Of a stretch of DNA of 52,419 bases, positions 1 to 8,710 are shown piece by piece. Source of the DNA: Limosilactobacillus gorillae (lineage in GTDB: Bacteria; Verrucomicrobiota; Kiritimatiellia; RFP12; UBA1067); contig CAVJWR010000002.1 in the NCBI GenBank assembly GCA_963653155.1, forward strand, positions 1 to 52,419. Reading direction: 5' to 3'. The stretch's first letter is position 1. Every line of letters begins with the position of its first letter. Under the pieces are notes generated by a model, which saw only the letters and a list, made by a program, of their open reading frames with translations, did not search any database and was not told the DNA's origin. The position numbers and the translations under genes are program-made.

Positions 1-103
1 GTTTGCCGCCCGGCACGTACCTGTCGATCTCACTCTGGACGACAAAGTTCTTCGTGTAGTCCGAAGCATTCCTGAAATGCCTTATATTAAACGCCTTGCC
101 CAT
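1..103 (-). CDS. Partial CDS (first 34 codons only, continues off the left edge); product unknown
   Basis: ATG at 103-101 is preceded by GGTGAGG (revcomp of 108-116). The frame stays open to position 1 and reads MGKAFNIRHFRNASDYTKNFVVQSEIDRYVPGGK. I do not recognise a family. Confidence 0.35.
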   Translation of the reverse strand, partial: MGKAFNIRHFRNASDYTKNFVVQSEIDRYVPGGK

Positions 104-133
104 AGAAAACCTCACCGATAGAAGTTGCACCCC

Positions 134-171
134 TTACAAAAACACGGGCGGTCGCGTAAACGCGTCCGCCC
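134..171 (-). terminator. Rho-independent terminator downstream of rpmB
   Basis: The minus strand reads GGGCGGACGCG-TTTA-CGCGACCGCCC (146-171) followed by GTGTTTTTGT (136-145). This is a GC-rich stem with a U-tract, about 40 nt after the rpmB stop. Confidence 0.7.
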
Positions 172-213
172 GGCGGAACTGCCGCCTCACCGGGCGGCAT
201 TCTCTGATCCGGC

Positions 214-444
214 TTAGGCCTTCGCGACCTTGCCGCTCTTGATGCACTTGGCGCACAGGCACATGCGCTTCGTGTTGCCCTTCCCGTCCGAAACCCGCAC
301 GTCATGCAGGTTCGGAAGGAAACGACGCTTCGAAATGCCTGTCGTGTGCAAGCCGATGCCGCCTTTGTACTTGGGCGAACCCTTACGCACAATCGAGCGC
401 CCGGCTACGGGCTTCTTGCCGCACATTTCACATACTCTGGCCAT
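214..444 (-). CDS. rpmB: 50S ribosomal protein L28
   Basis: 76-aa ORF MARVCEMCGKKP...KRRFLPNLH... matches the L28 N-terminus and the RRFxPNL signature. AAGGAG lies upstream of the ATG. Confidence 0.95.
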   Translation of the reverse strand: MARVCEMCGKKPVAGRSIVRKGSPKYKGGIGLHTTGISKRRFLPNLHDVRVSDGKGNTKRMCLCAKCIKSGKVAKA

Positions 445-469
445 TTTCTTTCACTCCTTAAATAGGTTC

Positions 470-2227
470 TCAGTTTGCTTCGCCAGGCTGCCATTCGACA
501 TTCTGGAACGCCTCGTCAAACGCTGCGCCGAGACCACCGAACGACTCGCTTCCGGCCGCAGACGCCGCAGAGCCGTCAGCGGATTCCGCATCGGCTTCGG
601 CGGAGAGGGCCTTAACTTCGTCCTCCGTCATGTTCACTGCGCGGATCGAAAGGCCGATGCGGCGCTCGTTGCGGTCAACCTTGACCACGCGGGCCTCGAC
701 CTCCTGGCCGACCTGAAGGACATCCTTCACCTTCTCGACGCGGTCATCGGAGATCTGCGAGATGTGCACAAGGCCATCAACGCCATCCTCAAGCTCGATG
801 AACGCACCGAAGGACGCGATCTTGGAGACCTTGCCCTTGACGAGCTGCCCAACCTTGTACTTGGAGGCGATTTCGGACCACGGATCCTGCGAGGCCTGCT
901 TCAGGCCGAGGGAAATGCGCTGCTCCTGAGGATTGACCTCAAGGACAATCGCCTCGACCTCCTTGCCTTTCTCAAGGCACTCCGAAGGATGGTTGATCTT
1001 GCGCGTCCAGCTCATGTCGCTCACGTGGATCATGCCATCGATGCCCTCTTCAAGCTCGATGAATGCGCCGTAGGTCGTGAAGTTGCGAACCTTGCCCTTG
1101 ACGCGCGTACCGACCGGATAGCGTTCCTTGACCGTATCCCACGGATTGGACATGCACTGCTTGAGACCGAGGGAAATCTTCTGCTCCTTGGCGTTGACCT
1201 CAAGGATCTCCACCTCAACCTCGTCGCCGATGTTGAGCATGTCGCTCGCACGGGCAACGCGCTTCGTCCAGCTGAACTCGCTGATGTGGACAAGACCTTC
1301 GATGTTCGGCGCAATCTCGACGAACGCACCGTATGCCGCGAGGTTGACGACCTTGCCCTTGACGTGAGTCCCCTTCGGGAACTGCTCGGCGATCGTATCC
1401 CACGGATTCTCGGAAAGCTGACGGAGACCCAGCGAAATGCGCTCGCGATCCTGATCGACATCGAGCACCATGACATCAAGCTCCTGGCCGACCTTAAGCA
1501 GCTCGGACGGATGCTTGATGCGGCCCCAGCTCATGTCGGTGATGTGCAGAAGGCCATCAATTCCGTCAAGATCAATGAACGCGCCGAAATCGGTGATGTT
1601 CTTGACCTTGCCCTTGCGGACTTCACCCTTCGCGAGGGAAGAGAGCAGCTCCGCCTTCTTCTCGGCCATCGTGCCCTCGATGAGCTCGCGGCGGGAAATG
1701 ATCACATTGCGGCGCTCGGCGGAAATCTTGATAACCTTGAAATCATACGTCTGCCCAATGTACGGGGCGAGGTCGCGGATCGGCACGACATCAAGCTGCG
1801 AACCGGGGAGAAACGCCTCCACGCCATCGACATCCACGATGAGGCCACCATTGACCTTGGAGCGGATCGTGCCCTTGACGACGCATCCCTCGACATAACG
1901 CTCCTGAACCATCTTCCAGCGGATCTGCGCATCGGCGCTGCGCTTGGAGAGCTTGAGCATTCCTGTGCGATCATCCTCAAGAGCGATGATCATCACGTTG
2001 AACTTGTGACCCGGCACCGCCTCGGCGGGATCGGAGAACTCATCAAGGCTCACTTCACCTTCAGACTTGTAGCCAATGTCGGTGAACACTGTGTCGCCCT
2101 TGACTGCGGATACGGTCCCTTCCACGATAGAACCAGTTTTGAACGTGGATTCCTTGCCTGTTCCAGCAAGGAGCTCCGCCATGGCAGCGGACTTCTCACT
2201 TGCCTCAGCGGGTTTGCGAATAGCCAT
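470..2227 (-). CDS. rpsA: 30S ribosomal protein S1
   Basis: 585 aa with six repeated S1 OB-fold modules (GxVxG.V..i..fGaFV.l..g.dGLvHiSe). It has an acidic/Ala-rich C-terminal tail. Confidence 0.97.
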   Translation of the reverse strand: MAIRKPAEASEKSAAMAELLAGTGKESTFKTGSIVEGTVSAVKGDTVFTDIGYKSEGEVSLDEFSDPAEAVPGHKFNVMIIALEDDRTGMLKLSKRSADAQIRWKMVQERYVEGCVVKGTIRSKVNGGLIVDVDGVEAFLPGSQLDVVPIRDLAPYIGQTYDFKVIKISAERRNVIISRRELIEGTMAEKKAELLSSLAKGEVRKGKVKNITDFGAFIDLDGIDGLLHITDMSWGRIKHPSELLKVGQELDVMVLDVDQDRERISLGLRQLSENPWDTIAEQFPKGTHVKGKVVNLAAYGAFVEIAPNIEGLVHISEFSWTKRVARASDMLNIGDEVEVEILEVNAKEQKISLGLKQCMSNPWDTVKERYPVGTRVKGKVRNFTTYGAFIELEEGIDGMIHVSDMSWTRKINHPSECLEKGKEVEAIVLEVNPQEQRISLGLKQASQDPWSEIASKYKVGQLVKGKVSKIASFGAFIELEDGVDGLVHISQISDDRVEKVKDVLQVGQEVEARVVKVDRNERRIGLSIRAVNMTEDEVKALSAEADAESADGSAASAAGSESFGGLGAAFDEAFQNVEWQPGEAN

Positions 2228-2366
2228 TTTGATACTTTTTCTTGTTTGTCGTTAATCGCGGTTTTCAGCCGCGCTCTTCCCGTCTTTGGGCAAGAGGATT
2301 TGTAAGGTATCAAAAAACAGCGGAAAACGCAAGCAAAACTTCACAGTACCGCCAAAATCGCCAGTT

Positions 2367-2375
2367 TGGTATAAT
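2367..2375 (+). promoter_or_regulatory. Extended -10 box TGgTATAAT upstream of the TIGR03905-family gene
   Basis: tttGGTATAATgc at 2365-2377, about 44 nt upstream of the ATG at 2420, with GGAGAGGAA as RBS. The same TGnTATAAT motif recurs upstream of other genes in this window. Confidence 0.4.
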
Positions 2376-2419
2376 GCACTCCGTTTTGTTCGAATGGAAT
2401 CGCGGAGAGGAATGAAACC

Positions 2420-2671
2420 ATGAAGACGTTTGAAACGCACGGCACATGTTCACGCGCAATAAACTACGAGGTGAAGGACGGCATCGTCACGGCATGCCAG
2501 TTCGTCGGCGGATGCCCCGGCAACACCCAAGGCGTCGCCAAACTGGTGGTGGGGCGCAAGGCTCTGGATGTGATCCCACTGCTGAAGGGCATCCAGTGCC
2601 GAAACGGGACATCATGCCCAGACCAGCTGGCAAGGGCACTTGAGGCCGAATGCGCACAGGCTGGGATGTAG
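2420..2671 (+). CDS. TIGR03905-family four-Cys TSCPD-domain protein
   Basis: 83 aa containing GTCSR...FVGGCPGNTQGVAKLVVG...LKGIQC..GTSCPDQLARAL. This is the characteristic pattern of the small TSCPD/TIGR03905 family. Confidence 0.85.
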   Translation: MKTFETHGTCSRAINYEVKDGIVTACQFVGGCPGNTQGVAKLVVGRKALDVIPLLKGIQCRNGTSCPDQLARALEAECAQAGM

Positions 2672-2702
2672 GCGCTAACCTCATCCGGCATCTGCGGCAA
2701 AG

Positions 2703-3797
2703 TCAGCCCTCAAGTATCACGCTCGCGTTGCTGCCGCCAAACGCGAACGAGTTGGACAGTGCACGGCGAATTCCCCCGTTCCGTATCTTGCGCCAGCAGA
2801 TTGCGGCCTCGACAGCGCCAGCCGCCCCAAGGCAGTGTCCGGTGCGGGATTTTGTGGACTCAACGACAAGCGGATTTCCGGCATCGCCGCCCCGCAGACT
2901 TTCGCCGAACACGCGACGCACGGCCTTCATCTCCATGGCATCATTCGCCAACGTGCCGGTGCCATGAAGGTTCACGTAATCAACATCGTCGGGACGGCAT
3001 CCCGCATCTTGCAACGCACAGCGCATGGCCGCCTCCGCGCCATTGCCTTCCGGGTCGGGCGCCGTCGCATGGTATGCGTCCGACGACTCGCCCGCGCCGG
3101 CGAAGAACACGCTGCGTTCCCCCGCATTCGCATTCGGACAGATGTCGCGCTCACGCTCCATCAGAAACAGCGCGACACCTTCTCCGAGGCATATTCCGTC
3201 ACGATCCTCCGCAAGCGGCCTGCATCGCTCCTGCGCCAATGCGCCAAGCGCATTGAAGCCGTTCATGGCGAACCTGCATCGTCCATCCACGCCACCAACG
3301 ATGGCCGCATCGCAAAGTCCGGCCTCTATGAGCCGACGTGCGGCCGGAAAAGCCTTGGCGGACGAGCTACACGCCGTCGATATCGTATAGCACGGACCCG
3401 TTATTCCCGTCGTTCGGGCAAGGTATTCCGATGGTGTGCCAAGCTCCAGCATGGAGAACCTGAATTCATCCGGAAATCCGCACTTGCAGTCTTCTGAGCG
3501 CGAGAGGGCGGCATCGATGTTGGCCTGTGCTTCGTCCACGCCCGTGTTGGACGCGCCAAGGACTATTGCGATCCTGTCGCGGCCATAGCGTGACACGGCC
3601 TGTCCTATCTGCCGGGCCATGTCTTCTGCGGCCCAAGCCAACAGACGGCAGGCGCGGATGTTGAATTCCGGATCGTGGATCTCCGGCAACCGTTCCTCGA
3701 CCTTGCCAAAGTATATGGCGCGACCGGGGATGTCTCCTTCGATCCTTTCAAGGCGTTCGGAGTAGAGCGCAGAACATGCCGACAGGGACAATCGCAT
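2703..3797 (-). CDS. Beta-ketoacyl-ACP synthase family protein (KAS I/II-like, atypical short N-terminus)
   Basis: Active-site Cys context TISTACSSS and His motifs HATAPDPEG and NLHGTGT, with a C-terminal NSFAFGGSNASVILE. I moved the start to Met25 (3797), which leaves 14 nt after the upstream stop at 3812 and avoids overlapping that gene. Confidence 0.8.
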   Translation of the reverse strand: MRLSLSACSALYSERLERIEGDIPGRAIYFGKVEERLPEIHDPEFNIRACRLLAWAAEDMARQIGQAVSRYGRDRIAIVLGASNTGVDEAQANIDAALSRSEDCKCGFPDEFRFSMLELGTPSEYLARTTGITGPCYTISTACSSSAKAFPAARRLIEAGLCDAAIVGGVDGRCRFAMNGFNALGALAQERCRPLAEDRDGICLGEGVALFLMERERDICPNANAGERSVFFAGAGESSDAYHATAPDPEGNGAEAAMRCALQDAGCRPDDVDYVNLHGTGTLANDAMEMKAVRRVFGESLRGGDAGNPLVVESTKSRTGHCLGAAGAVEAAICWRKIRNGGIRRALSNSFAFGGSNASVILEG

Positions 3798-3811
3798 TCT
3801 CAATTGCCCCT

Positions 3812-4924
3812 CTATAGCCGCTTCAGCATTTTGCGGATAGAGCCTTCGCGAGCCTCGATGGACTCGCACAGGCGGAACTGGACGCGTGCGCGATTCAGGT
3901 TTTGGCCCGGCTGCTGCGTCTTGAAATACCGATCCCCCGCAAGGTAGTCCTGGAAGAACCTTAGTCCGAGCTCAAACGGCAGTAGCCGCACAGCATCGTA
4001 CAGGTATTCCTTGTCCGCAGCGGTCATGAACGCCCCGGCCTCCTTCATGTACCCCTTCATGAACGCGAGGAACAGATCCTCGTTGAACGCCACCTTGCCG
4101 AGATTTGGTTCCTCTTCTCCAGCGGGGTTGCAGATCGAGCGGACGGCATCGCCAACATCGATCTGCACCAATCCAGGGCTTACGGTGTCAAGGTCGATCA
4201 TCGCCGTACCCTTGCCGGTGAAATCGTCAATCATTATGTTGTTCACCTTCGGGTCGCCATGGAACATGCGGCGTTTCAGCTCGCCCGATGCCTCAGCCCG
4301 TTCAAGGAAACAGGCGAAATCCCTGCGCTCATCAATGTATTTCGCGAGTCGCTTCGCCTCGACGGATGCGTTGAGCAGGGCCTTCGCCTTCTTCGACTTC
4401 AACGTGCGGTCGTACTGCTTCAGATATCCGCTCGTCACGTGGAAGCCCGGCAACGGGTCTTCGATTGCTGCCGGAGACATGTCGGAGATCAGGTAGTGGA
4501 AATGCCCCAAGGCACTGCCGCATTCAAGCGCATGCTCCGGACTCTGCGCGGTATCGAACGCGTGCGCGGAAAGTATGCGCGTGATGACGCGCCATACGTT
4601 ATTCCGCTCGTCACGTATGAAATCCCCGCCGCCTTTCGTCTTCACTATGCGCGGCATCTGCCACACTCTGTCGTCCCGACCACTTCTGGCATCCGCCTCA
4701 AGCTTCTCATGGCAGTGCAGCGTTATCGCGTGCATATTGGCCATTATCGATTCCGGCTTGGGGAACACGGAACTGTTCACGCGCTGCAACACCACCTGCG
4801 TCTCCGTGAACGTATTGCGGTATACGGCAAGGAACGTGTCGTTTATGTTGCCGTTCCCGAACGGTGCCAGCGTGACAAGCCGCCCCTTGATGTTGAAGCC
4901 CTCGATCAGCAGTGACAAATCCAT
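3812..4924 (-). CDS. Aminoglycoside-phosphotransferase-fold kinase, N-acetylhexosamine 1-kinase (NahK)-like
   Basis: 370 aa with an N-terminal FGNGNINDTF nucleotide loop and the catalytic motif HGDPKVNNIMID...IDLDT typical of APH/NahK-type sugar kinases. The start overlaps the RNase R stop (TGATG). Confidence 0.7.
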   Translation of the reverse strand: MDLSLLIEGFNIKGRLVTLAPFGNGNINDTFLAVYRNTFTETQVVLQRVNSSVFPKPESIMANMHAITLHCHEKLEADARSGRDDRVWQMPRIVKTKGGGDFIRDERNNVWRVITRILSAHAFDTAQSPEHALECGSALGHFHYLISDMSPAAIEDPLPGFHVTSGYLKQYDRTLKSKKAKALLNASVEAKRLAKYIDERRDFACFLERAEASGELKRRMFHGDPKVNNIMIDDFTGKGTAMIDLDTVSPGLVQIDVGDAVRSICNPAGEEEPNLGKVAFNEDLFLAFMKGYMKEAGAFMTAADKEYLYDAVRLLPFELGLRFFQDYLAGDRYFKTQQPGQNLNRARVQFRLCESIEAREGSIRKMLKRL

Positions 4925-6567
4925 CAGCGTCTCCCCTTTTTCCGGCTCCTTGCCCCATTTGCCTTTGCCCCGTCCGGCGTCCGTCCCTTGCGTGTGGCGC
5001 GACAGCCATCCTTGCCGCAGTCGGCAGAGGCGAAGTCTATCCAGCGATTCTTCCAGTCAACCTTTATGGCACGGATACGGATCTTGTCGCCGATGCGCCA
5101 TGTGCGCTCCCCATCCTCCAGCGTCATCTTGCGTTCGTTGAAGTACACGTAGCGACGGGAAAGCGTAGATATGCGAACCAATCCGCCGATCGCAAGCGCA
5201 GGGACATCCACGAACAGTCCAAAGCCCGTGACCCGGCTCACCACTGCGTCAAACACGCCGCCGGACTCCTCTATGAACCTGAATTTCTTCATGTCCTTCA
5301 AGGTCCGTTCGGCTTCGTCTGCGCGTTCCTCCATCTCGGAGCAATGCTTTGCGATCCTGTCCAGCGTCTGCTGCTGGATGCGTCCGTTGCCCGTAACGAG
5401 GAAGTCGGCGAGCTGGCGGTGAAGCACAAGATCCGGATAGCGGCGTATCGGACTTGTGAAATGCGCGTAGAAATCCTTTGCAAGGCCAAAGTGCCCCATG
5501 TGGCGGGCATCGTAGCACGCCCGCTTCATCGAGCGCAGCACCATCACCGCAATGGTACCTTCGAGCGGTTCGCCCTTGATGTGTCCGAGAAATGCCGCCA
5601 CGTTCCTTCCGTGCGAAAGGTCTCCGCATTTCACGCCAATGGACGCGAGGTCGGCACGCAGCTGCTCAAGGCGTTCCGGGTCGGGACGCTCATGCAGACG
5701 CGCCAGTATCTTGATGCCACGCGTCCAAAGCTCCTTGGCCACCGCCTCGTTGGCCGCAACCATGCATTCCTCCACCATCTGGTGGGATTCATCGTAAGGA
5801 CGCTCCACAAGGCCGGTCATGCGGCCTTCACCATCCAGCAAGATCTCGGTTTCCGGGACTTCGAGATCCAGTGCACCTTCCGCGAAACGCCGCCCGCGAA
5901 GCTTCTGGGCAAACGCACTTATCGCCAGAATCGCCTTTGCGCCCTGCGACGAACCGCGTCCCTTGCGAATGATGTCAAGCACCTGTTCGTAAGTGAACCT
6001 GTCCTTTGAGCGGATCACGGACTTCGCGAACCTTCGGGCGACGCATTGCCCCGACTTGTCGAAAGTAAGAAAGACGGAGAACGCAAGCCTATCCTCTCCC
6101 GGCACAAGCGAGCATACGCCGTTCGACAACTCCTCCGGGAGCATCGGCACCACCCTGTTGAGCAGGTATACGCTCGTGGAACGCCTGTATGCCTCACGGT
6201 CAATGGCGGTGCCGGGCTTCACGTAATGCGACACATCGGCGATATGCACGCCAAGCACAATGTTGCCCTTGCGGTCGCGATCCAGCGACAGCGCGTCATC
6301 GAAATCCTTTGCCGTCGCAGGGTCGCAGGTGAATATGTACTTTCTGCGAAGGTCAAGCCGCTTGTCGAAAAACACTGCCCCCGCCGCAGCAATTCGTCTT
6401 GACTCGCGCTGTACGTCCTTGGGGAATTTCCCGGGCAAGTCATACTGGGCAATGACGGCATCGACATCGTCAATCGCCATCCGCCCCTTCACAAAGGGAA
6501 GCTTTCCCTTCTTATTATCCTCGCGTTTCCCTGAAGTTTCTCTTTTCACGGCGCGATTATACCACAT
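4924..6567 (-). CDS. rnr: RNase II/R family 3'-5' exoribonuclease, short form lacking N-terminal cold-shock domains
   Basis: RNB domain motifs (CDPATAKDFDDALS, HIADVSHYV, RRYPDLVLHR), a C-terminal S1 domain (GVFDAVVSRVTGFGLFVDV...) and a basic tail. Only about 70 aa precede the RNB domain. Confidence 0.85.
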   Translation of the reverse strand: MWYNRAVKRETSGKREDNKKGKLPFVKGRMAIDDVDAVIAQYDLPGKFPKDVQRESRRIAAAGAVFFDKRLDLRRKYIFTCDPATAKDFDDALSLDRDRKGNIVLGVHIADVSHYVKPGTAIDREAYRRSTSVYLLNRVVPMLPEELSNGVCSLVPGEDRLAFSVFLTFDKSGQCVARRFAKSVIRSKDRFTYEQVLDIIRKGRGSSQGAKAILAISAFAQKLRGRRFAEGALDLEVPETEILLDGEGRMTGLVERPYDESHQMVEECMVAANEAVAKELWTRGIKILARLHERPDPERLEQLRADLASIGVKCGDLSHGRNVAAFLGHIKGEPLEGTIAVMVLRSMKRACYDARHMGHFGLAKDFYAHFTSPIRRYPDLVLHRQLADFLVTGNGRIQQQTLDRIAKHCSEMEERADEAERTLKDMKKFRFIEESGGVFDAVVSRVTGFGLFVDVPALAIGGLVRISTLSRRYVYFNERKMTLEDGERTWRIGDKIRIRAIKVDWKNRWIDFASADCGKDGCRATRKGRTPDGAKANGARSRKKGRR

Positions 6568-7887
6568 TTACGAGAATCGGGCTTTCTGTCCGAAGTCGGG
6601 CTGCCGTCTTCCGGCCCCCTTGCGACGCCGGATGAACTTGCCGCCATTGGGCTTTCCCTGCGCGAGTTCGCGGAATTTCTTGCCCTTGATCCACGGAGCC
6701 GTGGGCAATCCGCCCTTCTCCTTGCCCTGCACATCCACATGGAACGGATGGTCACGATCCACCGATATCGTCTTCTTGATGAAACGTTCAATGGACTTTA
6801 CGAGCACCCATTCCTCCGGCGCGACGAAGGAGATGGCGACGCCACCCTTCCCTGCCCGTGCCGTACGCCCGATCCTGTGGACATACGACTCCGTCTCAAG
6901 CGGAAGCTCCATCTGCACCACAAGGTCAACCTCCGGCACATCAATGCCACGGCTCGCGATGTCCGTCGCGACAAGGACCCGCACCGTCCCCTTCTTGAAT
7001 CCGTCAAGCGCCCTCGTGCGCTGACATTGGGTCTTGTCGGAGTGAATCGCCGCCGCAGTGATGTCCTTCCTCAGGAGTTTCTTGAGTACGCGATCCGCGC
7101 CGCGCCTTGTCCTGGCGAACACCATGACCTTGCGCCATTCAGGATTGTTCTCAAGGAGCCACATGAGAAGGTTGTCCTTTTCGCCCTTGTCAACGCACAT
7201 CAGCTTTTGGTTGATCGCGTCCACCGTTGGCGTCTCCGGCGAAATCATCACCTGCACCGGATCATGCACAAGCTCCCCGGCAAGCTTGAGTATCGCAGGG
7301 GAAAGCGTCGCGGAAAAGAACATCGACTGCCGCTTCGCCGGCAGTTTCGATATTATGCGGCGGATGTCCGGCAGGAAGCCCATGTCAAGCATCCGATCCG
7401 CCTCGTCAAGCACGAAGTACCTGATTGCGTCAAGGAACACGTGTCCCTGCGTCATCAGATCCATCAGTCTTCCGGGCGTGGCGATCACCACCTCCGCGCC
7501 ACGGTTTATGTCCTTTACCTGGCTGAACTGGCTCACTCCGCCAAACACGCATGCGAAGCGAGTCTTCGTGTGCTTCGCATACTTCGCGAAATTCGCGCCG
7601 ATCTGCGCCGCCAGTTCCCGCGTGGGACTTAGCACAAGCGCAGACGGATGCTTCGTTCTTGGCTTGTCCTTCGACTGGCAGAGCGCATTTATTATCGGCA
7701 GCAGGAACGCCGCCGTCTTGCCGGTGCCGGTCTGCGCACACCCTATGAGATCCCGTCCATCCAGAAGCGGCGGGATGGCCTTCTCCTGAATGGGCGTTGG
7801 GTTCCTGTATCCGATCTCGCCTATCGCGAGACGCAACCGCCCGTCAAGGTTATCGAATGGCGGCTTTTCTGTTTCCGATGTCATCAT
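6568..7887 (-). CDS. DEAD-box ATP-dependent RNA helicase
   Basis: Q motif and AQTGTGKT (motif I), DEAD (VLDEADRMLD), SAT, and ARGIDV/HRIGRTARAG motifs. The start is set at ATG 7887, preceded by GAAGGAG; the longer ORF to 7968 lacks an RBS. Confidence 0.9.
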   Translation of the reverse strand: MMTSETEKPPFDNLDGRLRLAIGEIGYRNPTPIQEKAIPPLLDGRDLIGCAQTGTGKTAAFLLPIINALCQSKDKPRTKHPSALVLSPTRELAAQIGANFAKYAKHTKTRFACVFGGVSQFSQVKDINRGAEVVIATPGRLMDLMTQGHVFLDAIRYFVLDEADRMLDMGFLPDIRRIISKLPAKRQSMFFSATLSPAILKLAGELVHDPVQVMISPETPTVDAINQKLMCVDKGEKDNLLMWLLENNPEWRKVMVFARTRRGADRVLKKLLRKDITAAAIHSDKTQCQRTRALDGFKKGTVRVLVATDIASRGIDVPEVDLVVQMELPLETESYVHRIGRTARAGKGGVAISFVAPEEWVLVKSIERFIKKTISVDRDHPFHVDVQGKEKGGLPTAPWIKGKKFRELAQGKPNGGKFIRRRKGAGRRQPDFGQKARFS

Positions 7888-7957
7888 ACACTCCTTCTGC
7901 GCACCAAGACACAACCGTGCACAGAAGGTCTCCTGCGACAATCGTCCCCATGCATAT

Positions 7958-7977
7958 CGGTCGGACAAGTCCGACCG
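7958..7977 (-). terminator. Perfect hairpin after tatA (terminator-like; same GGxC-NNN-ACAAG-NNN-GxCC shape as the REPIN-like repeats)
   Basis: cggtcggacaagtccgaccg is an 8-9 bp perfect stem 14 nt downstream of the tatA stop. There is no U-tract. Confidence 0.35.
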
Positions 7978-7991
7978 TTCAAACTGTTAAG

Positions 7992-8216
7992 TCAACCGAC
8001 AACCTCAGGCGTCACCGGCTTGTCGGCAGACGGGATCTGCTTCGCCTCTGCGGCCTTCACGACCGGCTCGTCAGGCTTGTCGCCCTCTTCCTTGCCTTTC
8101 TTGAATTCGCCAAGCGACTTGCCGAGCGAATGGGCAAGCTCAGGCAGCTTCTTGCCCCCGAAAAGAAGAAGGATTATCGCCAACAGAAGCAGAATCTGCC
8201 AAGGTCCCCAACTCAT
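7992..8216 (-). CDS. tatA: Twin-arginine translocase subunit TatA/E
   Basis: 74 aa with an N-terminal TM helix followed by LLFGGKKLPELAHSLGKSLGEFKKG, the canonical TatA hinge and amphipathic helix. Confidence 0.9.
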   Translation of the reverse strand: MSWGPWQILLLLAIILLLFGGKKLPELAHSLGKSLGEFKKGKEEGDKPDEPVVKAAEAKQIPSADKPVTPEVVG

Positions 8217-8231
8217 TATCGTGTCTCCTTT

Positions 8232-8678
8232 TTACTTGTCAATGTTAGTGAGTTTCAGTGTATCGAAATCAATGCGCCGGTAGTAGCAGTTGCGTGGCTG
8301 TCCGGCGGAATTCTTCGTGTGGCAGATGCCGCCACGGCACGGACGAACCACGTACAGGAGCGAATTCTGCTCGCAGTTCACATATGCCTCAAGGAGATCG
8401 AACGTCTCGCCGCTCGTCTCGCCCTTGAACCACAGCTTGTTGCGGCTCGTAGACCACAAGATGAGCTTACGCTTCGCGAAGGACTCCTTCATCGCATACT
8501 CGTTGGTGTACGCGACAAGTATCACCTCTTTGGTGTCGGCATTCTGCACGGCTACCGGAATCACACCGGGGTCGCACGGAGCATTGCCGGCAGCACGCGT
8601 CTCGGCGACCTGCTTGCCCACCTTCTCAAGTTTCGTGAAATCGAGCGTCAGCTCAAGAGATTCTTCCAACTGTCCCAT
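8232..8678 (-). CDS. hisI: Phosphoribosyl-AMP cyclohydrolase
   Basis: 148 aa with LWSTSRNKLWFKGETSGETFDLLEAYVNCEQNSLLYVV...GGICHT, the HisI core motif. It is stand-alone (not a HisIE fusion) and away from any his operon. Confidence 0.85.
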   Translation of the reverse strand: MGQLEESLELTLDFTKLEKVGKQVAETRAAGNAPCDPGVIPVAVQNADTKEVILVAYTNEYAMKESFAKRKLILWSTSRNKLWFKGETSGETFDLLEAYVNCEQNSLLYVVRPCRGGICHTKNSAGQPRNCYYRRIDFDTLKLTNIDK

Positions 8679-8710
8679 AATGGCTCCTTATTATAGCATA
8701 ATTCCAACAC

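Noticed and set aside
230-2305. A 691-aa ORF on the + strand. Similar very long ORFs are 8861-10144, 19011-20300, 29497-31113, 38893-40179 and 43544-44848.
   Set aside because: Each one mirrors a well-recognised conserved gene on the opposite strand (rpsA, htpG, pyrG, DUF4838, the MDR dehydrogenase and amtB). They are Arg/Leu/His/Asp-rich low-complexity translations typical of antisense frames in high-GC DNA, and none has recognisable motifs or an RBS.
2420-2671. A small Cys-rich ORF near a KAS gene, considered as a possible RiPP or precursor peptide.
   Set aside because: The sequence matches the widespread TIGR03905/TSCPD four-Cys family (GGCxGN...TSCPDQLA). It is convergent to the KAS rather than co-transcribed with it.
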